Positions 13,932 through 27,606 of a stretch of 64,000 nucleotides of DNA are shown here, in pieces. Numbering within the stretch: position 1 is the stretch's first letter; each line of letters starts with the position of its first letter. This DNA comes from Octopus vulgaris (Eukaryota): the NCBI GenBank assembly GCA_951406725.2, contig OX597821.1, positions 35,030,001 to 35,094,000 on the forward strand, given 5' to 3'. The notes beneath the pieces are model-generated. The model ran no database searches. It had not been told where the DNA came from and worked only from the letters and a program-made list of their open reading frames with translations. Position numbers and translations under genes: made by a program.

Positions 13932-14165
13932 TGTATGTGTATGTAAGTATGTATGTATATATGTATGTATGTATATATGCATGCATGTATGGATGGATAG
14001 ATGTGCAGATATGTATGTTTTATGTATGCATTCTCATGCAAATATTTACTTACCTAGACATGCTCGTATATATTTAAATGATAAACTTCCGGAAAGTTTT
14101 ACAGGTTTTTACAGTTCCAGTGATGGATTGGATCTGTAGTCTTCGAATTAGCTTTCTCCTTTCTA
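13337..14165. repeat. Two diverged direct copies of an unclassified repeat with internal microsatellites
   Basis: GTCATTATT...CAAGATT...AGATCCAAGGTTCCTTCATTGGA and CTAGACATGCTC...AAATGATAAACTTC each occur twice in the same order. Confidence 0.6.
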
Positions 14166-15581
14166 GTTTCTCAAGGTTGGTATTTGGGCATTGTCTATAT
14201 GTCTGTCTGTCTGTCTGTCTGTATGTATGTATGTATGTATGTATGTATGTATGTACGTGTACATATCTGAGTGTTTGTGTGTGTGTGGGGGGGAGCACAG
14301 TTGTGGGTGTGTGAGAAACATTGCAAAATAACATTTTGGGGCAAAGAAGAGGAGAGTGGAACGGCTGCAAGCCAAGGGTAATGCTGTCCTATGATGTGGT
14401 ATCTGAAAGGAAGGTGTAGGTAAATTCTTATGTGTTTGTGACAGTCCCTGTTGTGCTTGGCGGTAGGCATATGAAGGACCAGAAGCGTTTTATCTTCTGC
14501 CTGGTTAGGACTATGTGGGGATGGATAAAAAGTAAGTCTGTTAATTGGATAGTGTTAGTGACTACATGACTATTTTGATGAGTTGAGTAAATTCGAGTGT
14601 GTGCGTGTATGTGCTATGTGCCTTGTGAGTGGATTTGGTAGACGGAAACTGAAAGGAGCCTGTCGTATATATGTATATATATATGTATGTTTGTGTGTAT
14701 ACGTTTGTATCTGTGTTTGTTCCTCCCTACCCCAACATCGCTTGGCAACCGATGCTGATGTGTTTATGTCCTCGGTTCAGCAAAAGAGACCGGTAGAATA
14801 AGTACTAGGCTTAGAAAGAATAAGTCCAGGGGTTGATTTGCTCGACTAAAGGTGGTGCTCCAGCATGGCCACAGTCAAATGACTGAAACAAGTAAAAGAG
14901 TAAAAGAGAATATATATATATATATATATATATAGTAACCTGAGTACTTTGGAAGCCGGTATTAATAAGTACATACACGTGTTTCTATAGATAATAGCAA
15001 AGAAGACCAACCAAAGTACTTCACACATAAGGCAACATTGGATCAAGTTGCAGGCTTTTATAGCTTATAGTTCGAAAGTTGTTGGCAGACATTTAATCTA
15101 CCTATCAAGCCAGCCATTCAAGCCGTCTGCCAGCCAGCCAGCCAGCCAGCCAGTCTTGATAGTCTTTCAGTTAGTGTAGCATGAAGAAGAAGAAGAAGAA
15201 GAACATCAACAACAACAACAACTAATCTAACGTTTTGGTGAGGAGAGTGGGTGAGAGGTGGAGGCAGTGTTTTAAAATGAAAGATAAATAATGACGGAAT
15301 GTGAAAGTAGGATGTAAAAATAAGAAGTTCTCTAAGTGGGTGAGATAGAGCGAGACACAAGAGGTAAGGAGGTTAAAATAGACAGGGGAGGAGGGGAAGG
15401 AGGCATAAAGAAAAGAGAAGCGGAGGTGCCGGTGAAATCAGTTAGACTACTACTACTAACTGCTGCTACTAATACTACTACTACTACTGCTACTACTACT
15501 ACTACTACTGCTACTACTACTACTGCTTCTGCTGTTACTACTACTACTACTACTGCTTCTGCTTTTGCTGTTACAACAACA

Positions 15582-15632
<51 letters not shown>

Positions 15633-16067
15633 GTTGTTGTTGTTGCTGCTGCTGCTGCTCTGCATGTGTGTGTGATGAAGGGAATGAGATTGGGAGACAT
15701 TCATGTCTTGTTCGTTCAAAGATAAGCCGCGACAGAGTATGATGTTGATGACGATTATAATAACGACAATGACAAAGACGATGGTAGCATTAACGATAAC
15801 AATAGCAACAACAAAAACAACAACAACAACAAAAAGATGAGGAAGCGGAGGTTGAAACCGACGACGAAGTAGAAAATTGATAGGAAGCCAATTTTATAAA
15901 CGTTGTAATCTATTCCATTCCAAATGATAATTGAGTTATCGACCTTGCAAGGATGACGGAATAAAGCTCATCTTGTTGGAATTCCAAATAAGAAACGAAT
16001 AAACACCTCATCAAGCAGCTTCTGTAATTCTTTGCATTATCTGATAATTAATATGACTAAAAAATAT

Positions 16068-16499
16068 GCATCTTTTCGGTTTGAACGGCAGTTTTTAACA
16101 TAATTTCTAGGTAACTAAAAAAATTTAAACTTCCTATACTAGTAGAATGTGTTTATAAAACATCTTTTTCTCTTGGTTTTATTGAGAAAATTCTATAGTT
16201 TGTAAGATATTTGTTTTTTTTTTTTTTCAATTTCTGCAATTTCAACCAATCAATTACGTCTATTGAGGTAAAAAAAAAAACATTCTGTGCCGTATGACTA
16301 TGTCCCTCGTTTAAGAAACAGATTGGGTTTATTTACATTTGTGAAGAAAAAAAAGATATCCTTCCCCCAACTCCTAGCCCTAACTAACCCTAACCCAAAA
16401 ACAGATTGAAATGCAATAGATCGGTTCTAGGGTCATAATTATGGGTGGCAATTTCATATGACACCGCTAGAAAAACTGCCGTTCAAACCGAAAAGATCC
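16068..16499. mobile_element. MITE, GGATC-TIR family, copy 2
   Basis: Same TIRs (left end GCATC variant); 8-bp direct repeat AAAAATAT on both flanks; internal CCTAGCCCTAACTAACCCTAACCC. Confidence 0.92.
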
Positions 16500-18388
16500 A
16501 AAAATATCGTGGTGGTTTTGGTTAAATATTTAGCCAACATCATAACTTCTGGGTTCCGAGTTCAAATATCTACCTTTCATTCTCTGGCGCTAATACAACA
16601 TGTCCTATATACCCAAACATCACGATAATTGTTTGTATCTACTGTTACATATTAATGTAAAATCGAAAATTCTCTTATCACAAATCTAGTAAGTACAGAG
16701 GTAACACTTCGCTGATGAGGTATAGTGAGGGCAAAGCATGTCTATAGTTGTGTCACCCGCACTTGCCAAGATCAGATTAAAACACTAATACATTAGCTAA
16801 TATATACACTGCGCATGCGTGTGCGTGTGCGTGTGCATGTGCGTGTGTGTGTATTTTTGCGTAAAGTATGGTAGCACTAACTTGACTGAAGTAGATACAG
16901 ATCGTGTATCCTGTTTCCCTTAAAATAATTGGATAAACACCTTAAAGAAAAGAAAATCAATGTGATTGTTTTATGTTTCAAACATTATAGAAACGGCATG
17001 TACTCGGTACGTTTATGTGACTGGCGATTCAACTTCCGGCTGAAATAGTTTCACCTCAGTTTACGACTCTAATGCTCTAAGAAAAGGCATGAACATCACG
17101 ACATCTCACATATTTGAAATAAACAACATAATCGTTTTACGTGTTCAATTTACCTGCTAAATATGACTGCCGAATATCCTTTAAATTACACGCATTGCAG
17201 TGTTAAAAAAATGTCACATTGAATAATATAGCCCTTAATACACTGTATGCAATTACAAAAGATGAAAAAAAGAAAAAAACGATGGAGAGGTTGCGACTGG
17301 AATACCTTCGGCTACAGGTCTTCTCAATCAGAGCTGATCTTAGCTTAAGCAACCACAAAATTGAAATTTCTATAAAACACATCAACATGCTTAAACGTGG
17401 CAGATATATTTACTAGCGAAGTGAGTTCAATTCGGGATCAAAACCAACTCGTTTCACATACGTTACCAATGCTTCACAGAGATGAATGGAAACATCATCA
17501 AAGTTTACCACACATCTTCCAGAATCTACTGCGCTCTTTTTTAAACTTCTAGCCTCGTGCCTAAGGAAAATAAGCTTATGGCTGTTTGTGTAATTAGCGG
17601 CATCAGATGAAAAGAAAACTTTGCCAGACGACTTCACGATCCGGTATTTTGATTGCAGCGTGTAAAGTAATTTTATTTCACTTATGTCGCCGGTATTTCC
17701 TCAAAAATTATAAACGATGGCTGGATAGATTGGAAGAATCAGTAGGGCGCCGGGAAAAGTAGTATTTAGTATTTGGTTACATCGCATAATGTCTTCAGTT
17801 CGAATTAATCTGAAACCTAATTTGCTATTCATAGTTCTGAGGTCGAAGTAATCGGCTATACTCTGAAACGCGGTGCCTCAGCACGGCCGCATTCCAATGA
17901 CTGAAGCCAGAAAACGTATAAATGAATGTCATACAATCTTACCTCTGTCCCACCCCATTGCAATATACCGGCGATCTTGTGCATATCTAAAATAAACAGT
18001 TTTGTTGATCAGTAGCTACCCATCTATAAAAAAACGAAAACCGCAAGCATTCAGTGAGCTGAACTGGTCACACATTTTCAACATCTGCTTGTAACTCAGC
18101 ATTTCTCTTTCATTACATCAACGATGCTTTTGGGAACGTGACGAATGTCACATAATCTCACGCCCTTCCCTTAAACATGAAAAAAACTTGTAAGAAAGCA
18201 ACCATATTGATGTTACTGTTGTGTATCTCTAGTTCAGCTGTGAATCGAGCGGACTTGGGTTGTCCGCCAATCGAGAAGACACGACCCACATAACTGTTGC
18301 TTTAAGTATACCGTTTCTTCACCTTGATGACCATCACACTGCATATTCCATCATGCGATGGTTAATCGCATGGTGTAACAGTCAAGAC

Positions 18389-18662
18389 GAGTGGTTTCCC
18401 AACCGGGGTCCATATGGCCCTTGTGGCGGGGTGGGGGACACAAGGTTTTGTTGAAATTTATCTATTATAAATTGGGTTCGCTTCTACAATTCACAACATA
18501 TTTTAACTATTTTTTTATACAGTTCTTTTTATGCAGTTTAATACTATAGGTTTTTTTTTTATTTCAAACATTGAAAGACTATGAGGCTCCTCGAGAAAAA
18601 CAGGAATCGAAGGTAACAGGGTAACAGGGTAAAATAGGTAAAAGAAAGGTTGAGAAACACTA
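18389..18662. mobile_element. Old hAT (Charlie-like) MITE
   Basis: Termini GAGTGGTTTCCCAACC...GGTTGAGAAACACTA resemble CAGTGGTTCTCAACC-type TIRs; flanks GTCAAGAC / GTCTAGAT fit an 8-bp NTCTAGAN target duplication. Confidence 0.65.
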
Positions 18663-19223
18663 GTCTAGATAATTTGTATTCTCTCCATTATCAATTTTTG
18701 CTAGCTTGTTTAGTCCTATATCAGCCCTTCGCGAGCTGAGCTGTTATTAAAGGAATTCCAACCATAACCATCACGCCATTATACAAGAGTGTAAATCTAC
18801 GTCATGGAATGTATCCCTATTTTCTTATTTGAGACAGTAAGATGCCATTAAATGAAATTTGGTTGTTATTTCTAGCAGATGAGCGATCACATAGACTCCT
18901 TGTTTATGACAGCCGTAGCATTCCTGTTGAAGTTACCAAATTTCATGTACGGAGATTAAGCATCTTAAAACATTATGAATGTCAAACAGTCGCTTCTTCA
19001 CATTATTATGGCAGAATCGTTAACACGCCGGGCAAAATGCTTAGCAACATTTCGTCCGTCTTTATGTTCTGATTTCAAATTCCGCCGAGGTTGTCTTTGC
19101 TTTTCATCCTTTCGAGGTCGGTAAACAAAGTACCAGTGAAACACTGGATGGGCTGTAATCGACTAGTCCCCTCCTATCAAATTTCAGGCCTTGTGCCTTC
19201 AAATGAAAAAAATATTATTATTA

Positions 19224-19425
19224 AGGCGGTGAGCTGGCAGAATCGTTAACACGCCGAGCAAAATGCTTAACGGCATTTTGTTTGTCTTTACGTTCTGAGT
19301 TCAAATTCCACGGGCATCGACTTTGCTTTTGATCCTTTGGGGGTCGATAAATTAATGTAATCGATGTAATCGACTAGTCCCTTCCCTCAAAATTTTAGGC
19401 TTTGTGCCTTTAGTAGAAAGGATTA
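19224..19425 (+). mobile_element. SINE family B (GGCGGTGAGCTGGCAGAATCGTT head), second of two adjacent copies (first ~19010-19200)
   Basis: A-box-like GAGCTGGCAGAATCG, B-box-like GAGTTCAAATTCC, conserved central GTCGACTTTGCCTTTCATCCTTTCGGGGTCGAT-type domain. Confidence 0.8.
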
Positions 19426-19426
19426 T

Positions 19427-19975
19427 TGAGTGAGAGAGCAGTGCATGCCATCAAAGTGATACTGGGGTAAAATATACGAAGCCCAGTATACCCATCATGA
19501 CTACCCGTCTGATAAGGCTACACTAGGCACATGCATCACAACCAAATGTGCGCGACATGGTGATCTCATATCAAGATAAACAGCACATGACCTTGCAATT
19601 GGGGCCCAGTTAGAATTTTCTTCAGGTCGAGTAGCCCATCCTGTTCAAAAGGTGCCTGAATAAGGGTTGTTTAAGGATATTGAACGAACCACCCATGTTT
19701 CCAAAGGTGAATTATCCAAACCTCTAAGAATCTCTCTCAACACATGGCTATGATGCTCCCCCACTACTTCTGCTCGTGATCATGTTGTCAGCCACTAAGG
19801 AACATGCTCAACTGGTTAAGGTGAAACAACTGACAAGCAAATCTGTGGTATTGAGCAGAATATTTGCTGTAGCCCATCTTTTATACCAAGACAAAACAAT
19901 GTGCATGATAACACTTCCAATCAGTTAAGATCAGAATCTACGAGAGCCACTGCTTGGTACTGCATCAGGGCATTT
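19427..19975. mobile_element. ~550-bp unclassified non-coding interspersed element between (ATT)n tracts
   Basis: Flanked by ATT repeats on both sides; a diverged partial copy lies in reverse orientation at ~9435-9560 (GCAAATATTCTGCTCA...CCTTAGTGGCT...GAGCAG.AGTAGTG). Confidence 0.6.
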
Positions 19976-20018
19976 ATTATTATTATTATTGTTGTTGTTG
20001 TTGTTATTATTATAATTG

Positions 20019-20060
<42 letters not shown>

Positions 20061-21891
20061 ACAAAGAATCTTTGAAGCAACATGACGAATTGTGTTACAC
20101 ATATAATTTTAATTATGTTGTTCAGTCTGACTCTGAAATGTGAATTATTCACCCACTCATTCATTCATTCTTTTTTTTTTATATATAAAGTCTTTTTTTT
20201 TTCCGTTTCAATCTATTATTGTTAAAGTTAAGTGCAGGATACCATAGTTAATGCTCTGAGCTAAATTTAAGTTTATTCAAATGATTATTCTTATCATCTT
20301 TAAAAACAGAACAGATTTAAAAACAAAACTATTAAAGTATAATATCTAGCGGGTAAAGAGCATTGGAGTAGGCCAACTCGTTTGATTGGTGGAAAAGTTT
20401 AACATGTTGCTTCTATTATTAACATTAAATATTACTCTTGGACTTTGGGCTACAAAAGAGACAGTAAAATTGCTGTACAGCCTTTATTTATGAAAAGAAT
20501 TTCTTTTTAACGCCGAAAATATAACAGTAGGAAAAGTTCAACCGTACTTTGAAGTACTTTCGTTGGTTTAGAAGTCTATTAAAATTTCATTGATACAATG
20601 CCTCTTAATAAGCTTCCAATCTTCTTCAAATTCTTAATAAATTGAAATAATAACTAATGAGAAGAAATGGTCTAAGCGATAATGAACTTTGCTTTCAAAA
20701 GTTGTAAGGGAGGAAACTTCTAGAATTTAATATTTTATTCTTGTTCTTATCTTTGTTCTTTCCTCACACACCCACATCATTTGTATTCTTCTTCGAATAA
20801 TTTTTCAAGCTCTCTCATTCACTGATCATCTAATCTCAAAATCTCATCTTTTTACTTCTTACTATTCCCTTCACTCTAGCTCGTCTTCCGGTGGATCTTT
20901 TAATCTCTCTCTTTCTCTCTGACGCGCTTCTTCACTTTCTCCCTCCTTCTCTACCATTTCTATAATCCTCAACTTCTTGGCTCTTTCCTTCATATCATTT
21001 CGCAATCTCTCTTTCTCTCGCATTCTAGTTCATTATAAATTTCTTTCACATCGTCACCCACACAAACAACTCCTCGCACACACGTCTGCCGATACAGACA
21101 TATACACAGAGTAGACAAAGTTAAAATATATGCCCTTGTTCTATTTTTGTTATTCTGTAACATTCCCCTTCATTTCCTGCTGTGTTCCTGCTTTGATCAT
21201 TTTGCATTCTTATTTATAGTCCTATTGTGTTCAGAGATTCGCCATGAAACAGAGTCGTTAGGACGCCTTTCTATCAACAAAAGAGTTCTCGTATCGTATC
21301 CCACGAGAGGCACTGCCCTATGTCTTCACCACAAACACGAAACTCAAAAAAACTCAGTCAACTTAGCTTTAACTAATTTCTTCTTTATCTTTCAGCATGT
21401 TAGGAGGGTTGTACACATAACCCATTACAGGGCCTCATAGACAAGTGGAAAACAAGTTGAAAGATATCCTTAAACCGAAAAAATAGCGCGAATGTTTGCT
21501 CCAGAGTGAGCTTCTTTAAAGGCACCTAAAGTGTCAGGTGATAGTTTTAAAACGAACTACGAGTTAAGTGTATCATCCAAGTAGGCTATAGCGGGATTTG
21601 AACACTGAACAAACAAATACTCGCAATCCTACGCATTTCGGGCTTCATCAATCACGGCTTTTGATTAGGTAAATTTTTAATCGACTCTGAAAGGATGAAA
21701 AGCAAGGTTGACCTCAGTGAGATAGAAACTCAGAAAGCAAAAAATTGGAAAAAACACCAACCATTCTGTGAGACGCTCTGACAATTCTGCTAATCCTTAC
21801 GTTCATTTTTTTTTTATAGTTTTATTATTGTTTTTTTTTTACTCATTTATTTGAATTGACTATATATATATATATATATAAATATATATAT

Positions 21892-21927
<36 letters not shown>

Positions 21928-22120
21928 TACACAAGCACATATACAATACACATAACATCTCACCCTTCCCTTCCTTTCGCTTGTCACGCTGTCCTTGAAA
22001 TGGTAATGTTCTGTTAACTCATTGAGCGGTTTGCCAGACGTTGCACGAAGAAACAGTTTCTATATTTAGGTAATGTTTATTCGTATTATATATCTATATA
22101 TACATATATAGATATGTATG

Positions 22121-22163
<43 letters not shown>

Positions 22164-22501
22164 GCAGGCGTGCAAAGTGATAAGAAACTCGCTTCCCAAC
22201 GACACTGGTTCTGGATTCAGTCCCATTCCCACTGCGTGGTACTTTGCACAAATGTCTTTTACTATAGCCTCGGGCCAACCAAAGGCTTGTGAGTGGATTT
22301 GGTAAACAGAAACTGAGAGAAACCAATCGTATATATGTATGTGTGTGTGTGTTTGTGTAACCGTGCATGTATTTACCCCCACCCTCCGCTTGACAACCGG
22401 TGTTTGTGTGTTTCCATCTCTCGGTAAAAGAGACTAATAGAATAAGTACTGGGGGTCGATAATTTCGATTAAAAATTCTACTGAGCGGTACACACACACA
22501 C

Positions 22502-22548
<47 letters not shown>

Positions 22549-22879
22549 CTGTATGTATATATATATATATATATATATATGTATGAAGATTCAGTTGAAT
22601 TAGGTACTTAAATTAAGGTACCTTGTTAGGTCGATCTAATTTGCATACCCAAAGAATATCAGATGAATATCAAACTCTGTGCAGAAGTGCTTGCACTTGA
22701 TATTCTGGCAGTGTGGGCAGATAACACGACCCAACTTAGTGAAGAGACCTGTTCTTAGTTGTTCAGACATGTACTTTGTATAAAAATACAAAAATGCTTT
22801 CTATAATATTTCCGAAGTGCAGAATCCAGGATAGGTGAATAAAATATAAATGATTTGTCCCTTGTGTTAGAATTCTATG

Positions 22880-22966
22880 CAGTCATCTGATGAAAACGGC
22901 TTCTTTCAATGATGTAATGTTTTTATTAATCAATTAAAGGAATCGCTTGAAACGGCCGTACTGAAT
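22880..22966 (+). ncRNA. Degenerate type I hammerhead ribozyme of Penelope-like-element type
   Basis: CTGATGA 22887-22893, imperfect long stem II, GAAA 22949-22952, palindromic stem III CGGCCG, GTA triplet 22958-22960; stem I is poorly paired. Confidence 0.6.
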
Positions 22967-22988
22967 TTACACCTGTACATCTTTGTTA

Positions 22989-23070
<82 letters not shown>

Positions 23071-23077
<7 letters not shown>

Positions 23078-23373
23078 ACCAATTAAGGACTGAACACGAA
23101 AAAGTGGACAGTCAAAATGCTAGATATAGACGTCAAATCGCCATTCTCCACAAAAGACGAAGACTACAGGTGTTCTTACGGATAATAATAGGCGAAACTG
23201 ATTCAGTACATGGATAAGTATTGTTTTTCGTATATTTTCACTTGTTTATTGCTTGGGTTGGTGTTGAGTTTGATCTGAGAACATAATCTTTTGTGGAGAA
23301 TGGCGATTTGACGTCTATATCTAGCATGTTGACTGTCCACTTTTTCGTGTTCAGTCCTTAATTGGTATATATA
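23071..23373. repeat. Inverted repeat, 87-bp arms (23071-23157 / 23287-23373), 129-nt spacer
   Basis: Arms are reverse complements with 1 mismatch; starts in (TA)n; spacer has GGC-GAAA-CTGATTCAG-TA. Confidence 0.85.
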
Positions 23374-23921
23374 AATATTTAATCTTCGGATTCTTTTTTA
23401 ATATGCTAGACCACTGGTTTTAATTGATAAATATTGATTTCTACCCTTAATTAATATTATATATATATACATATATATATATATATAATATATATATACA
23501 CATATGCATGCATGTATATATACAAGTATATCAACAGGCCTGTGGTTGCGTGTGTATGAAGAGATGTAGGATGACCTGCGAGGTAGGGAAGAGTACTTGA
23601 CTGTACATTCCCAATGGTGACGTGGACGACCGGAATCGTGTTTATTGTTACTACACTTCACACTTCCCATGTCATTAAATGGGTGGGCAGGGGTGTGTGA
23701 GTGTGCGGCGGGGAGAGTACTGTTTGACAAGTCGGTTCCAGATGCTGATTGTCTGCGATTGCTTAAAAGTGCTGAATGCGTGTATGTATACTTAGCTGAA
23801 GATGTTTAATTATCTCATATGCTTGCGTGTACTTTAGGTGGGTGTGTATCACTCATTTAATTATTGCTTGTCTATCGCGATGTGTGTATGTGAAGGTATT
23901 TGTGCTGAGCTGTTTCAGATT

Positions 23922-23980
<59 letters not shown>

Positions 23981-24424
23981 TCAGCTTCTACTACTACTAC
24001 TGCCACTGTTAATATTTTCATTAGTATCTTTCAATTATGTTTCCATTTCTTACTGAGTACCTTCCTGACACCTAGGACAGTGAATTATTATTATTATTAT
24101 TATTATTATTATTTGGTGAGCTGGCAGAATCGTTACCGCGCCGGGCAAAATGTTTAGCGGCTTTTCGCCCGTCACTACGTTCTGAGTTCAAATTCCGCCG
24201 AGGTCGACTTTACCTTTCATTCTGTTGGGGTCGATAATTAAGTACCAGTAAAACACTAGGGTCAATGTAATTGACTCATCCCTTCCCCCAAAATAACTGC
24301 CCATGAGGCAAAATTTGAAACCATTATTATTATTATTTTATGAATTAAGTACCAGTTAAACACTGGGGTCGATGTAATCGACTAGTCCCCTACCCCAAAT
24401 GATAAGCCTTGTGCCTTCAGTAGA

Positions 24425-24470
<46 letters not shown>

Positions 24471-24804
24471 TCATATACACACATCTCCGTAACTTAGCGG
24501 TTCGGCAAAAGAGAGCGATAAAATAAGTACTAGCCTTAAAACAAAAGTGAGTACTGGAGTCAATAATTTCATTTGAAAATTCAAGGCGTTAGAGTTACTG
24601 TAACCTCGAAATTCCGCGTATAATGATACTTCGACTCGGCGAAGTATTTTGGGGCAAAATTTGTTGTTATTGTGTCTTTGTATTTCTGTCTAATAAGATA
24701 TTTAGACTGCACCTCCGTATCGAGTAAATGTGTGTGAGCGTGTGTATATTCTGGGTATGACTTTTTAACTGCATCATAGGATTCCAGGGTTGTGAGGAGT
24801 GTAA

Positions 24805-25135
24805 AATAATAATAATAATAATAATAATGAAATTATTGTATACAGTGCTCAGGTGCACCACAACTTGTCAGAAAGTGCAAATAGAGTATATGCAGTAATG
24901 TCTGGAAAGCGAATAATGTATGAGTCAGATACATGCTTGTGTGTGTATGGAGGGGAGGAAATCAGGTGTAGTGTTAGCGAATCTCAGAAAGCATTTAAAT
25001 CAGGTGTAGTGTTGGTGAATCTCAGAAAGCATGGAAGTTTTGAAGGATGCTGTGCTCCGACAACAAACAACTGATGCCGGCAGTTTGTTCCATACTTCAG
25101 CAACTCTTAGCGTGAAGAAATGTTTCCTAAAGTCA
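24805..25135 (-). mobile_element. 5'-truncated CR1/L2-clade LINE 3' end with (ATT)n tail
   Basis: Minus-strand translation DFRKHFFTLRVAEVWNKLPASVVCCRSTASFK matches the CR1-type ORF2 C-terminal motif FF.xRV...WN.LP..VV......FK; then a 3' UTR and (ATT)n. Confidence 0.85.
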
Positions 25136-27606
25136 GTGTATTCCTAAAGTCAGCGTGAAAAAATGTTTCCTAAGAGGTGTATAATCACCTCTTAGCCCCT
25201 TTGGCTCCCAGAACTATTCTGACACGGAATAGTAACACCTGAAAGTGCCCCAGCTATGGGTTAATTAGCATATAAATAAAACCACCGAAAGTGACGGACC
25301 CTCTAGCTGTTGCCACAACATTCTTCTTAGAGAGGGACACTCCGATGTGAAACCTGCGGTTTCCTGTTTCCTCTTGTTTCGGCCTGTCACTAGGTACTAA
25401 TCACGGAGACTCAGAGAGTGATACCCGTGTTGTATACCCGTTTATCACTATAAACCAATGGCGTACAAATATCTCTTTCTGGTAACATCATTTGACACGT
25501 GTCATTGCCTCTACTGAAAGTTCAATGACGATGGAAGATTGGTGACGTATGTAAACCTAACCAGTTGAAAGCATACAATTACAAAGCAGCAATACTGAAT
25601 AGTCATCTAAGATGTCATGGATGGAAAGTCAGAAATGCCATTGACAAAGAGAAAGCGCAAGGAGACGGCAATCATTTGTGAAGGACAGAGCAGTGATTAT
25701 CTATCTACATATTTACATGCACACAGATGCATGCGTACAGAATTTCGAGTGAGAAGCAACAATTTGTGCGTATAGCGTCAAATGTAGGGGAAAGTTGACA
25801 GACTGCGTGATGACGAGGGTATCTCTGTTCAGCAGCTTATGTGCTAGAAATGACAGTGGAATATTTTTCTTTATCACACTCTGCTGTCTTTAAAAGGATA
25901 GACACTAGAAAATAGAGTTTTAAAATGTAAAAGTACTTAGAATTCAGATGGGATTTTCACAGCTGATCATAGGTCTGTTAGATATGGACCGACTTAGGGT
26001 TAAAACACACTCACACACACAAATAAATGCTTAGTTGTAAAATGCTCGGTTGTAAACTCGCTCGCGAAACGGCACGGTTATACTTTGAAGCATACCCTGA
26101 CAATTATCCAGTATACATTATTTGGCAGAGAAACAAATAAAGGAAAATAGATAAAGAGGGGGAAAAAAAAGAATGTGTTTAAGAGAGAGAAGTGGGAGGA
26201 ATGAGAAAGGCAAAGTATGTGTAAAAGAGTGAGGGTGGGAGAGAGAGACAGTGGAAGTGTGATACTGTGCCAAAGTACTTCATATTATAGTTAAGTTTGT
26301 AGTGGTTACAATAGTAAGATGAAACACATTGGAAACCCTCTCGAAATAACAATGATAAATTGCATTTGGCAGCGAAGTACCGTTTATCTAATTCCATTTC
26401 TGAAGTGTTTTACAGCAACAACTTGGAACCTATGTCAATTATACCTGAGAAGAAGTTGATCCGAGGTATCTAAAAATAAGGTGAATCGACCAAAATGTCA
26501 TTGGTGAAATTTAGCGAAATGAAACTGTGTGGAAGACAGTCAAGGAGCCGTTCTTGTAATTGGCAGGTAAAATTAATCCGTCTTACAGTGTACGATCACC
26601 CTTTGGCCCTTGGATGTTTAAAAAAAATTTTTTAGAGACCACCCTTGTTCCAAGGATTTGAATCTAGTCTGACGAATGAAGATAAAACTCCTTCCCTCCG
26701 TCCTGCCAAGCTCGAAGGCCCTAGAACGGTCGTGGATGTCACGCTCCTTTGATAGAGCGAAAAAGAAAACAAAACCTCGTCATAGGCCTCACTATCGGCG
26801 AATTTATAAGGATAATCAATAAAGGAATTTGTTGAAAAATATATAAAAACATGCGATCTAATATAATCAAGCTCCTAGTAACAATAACAATAATAGTACG
26901 GTGTGCAACTGCATAACAGTAGAACCAATCAAGTGATAGGAAGTTATTATTATGTTTTTTATTCTTATGTTAAAGAGAGTAGACAGGACCCTTGATATAC
27001 TAGAACTCCGAAACTCCTGAAACGTTTCAGTTTTATTACGATCTCACCAGCGAAATATAAGCTTCTATCTACATGTTAAGGGGGTGATGAAGAAATGACT
27101 AAGTCAATGTAGAAGGTGGTGTTGGGAAATAAAGCTGTTTCGAGAACAAATAACGCCGATACGTCTTCTGCGTGAAGAACAATGGTTAAATAAATGATGG
27201 TTGAACATGTTTAATGAACGTGTAGATGAAAAAAAATCTAAGACTTGTAGAGCTCCATGCAGGTTGCTGCTAAGCTGGGAGTATTGTTTGTAGCTATTTT
27301 AATTCACTTACGTTACTAATGTTCTTTAGGCGAACATTAAAAATATATCTCAGTATCACAATATCAACCAGACCATCAGTCTGTTATACACGGCTGGTCA
27401 CAATGCGCTTACGGTACTGTCTTGATTGCACTATTCTTTTCTGTCTTAACCTAAACTGCTTCACTGAATCGTCTTCTCATCGTCGTGGAGGGCTTCAAAG
27501 TGGAATGTGTGGTATCACAGTTTTGAAACCACAGACCAGCTGCAGACCATGATGACAGAGATGAACACTCAGAGCTCAGCAGCAGGTCTTAAAACGAACT
27601 ACATGA

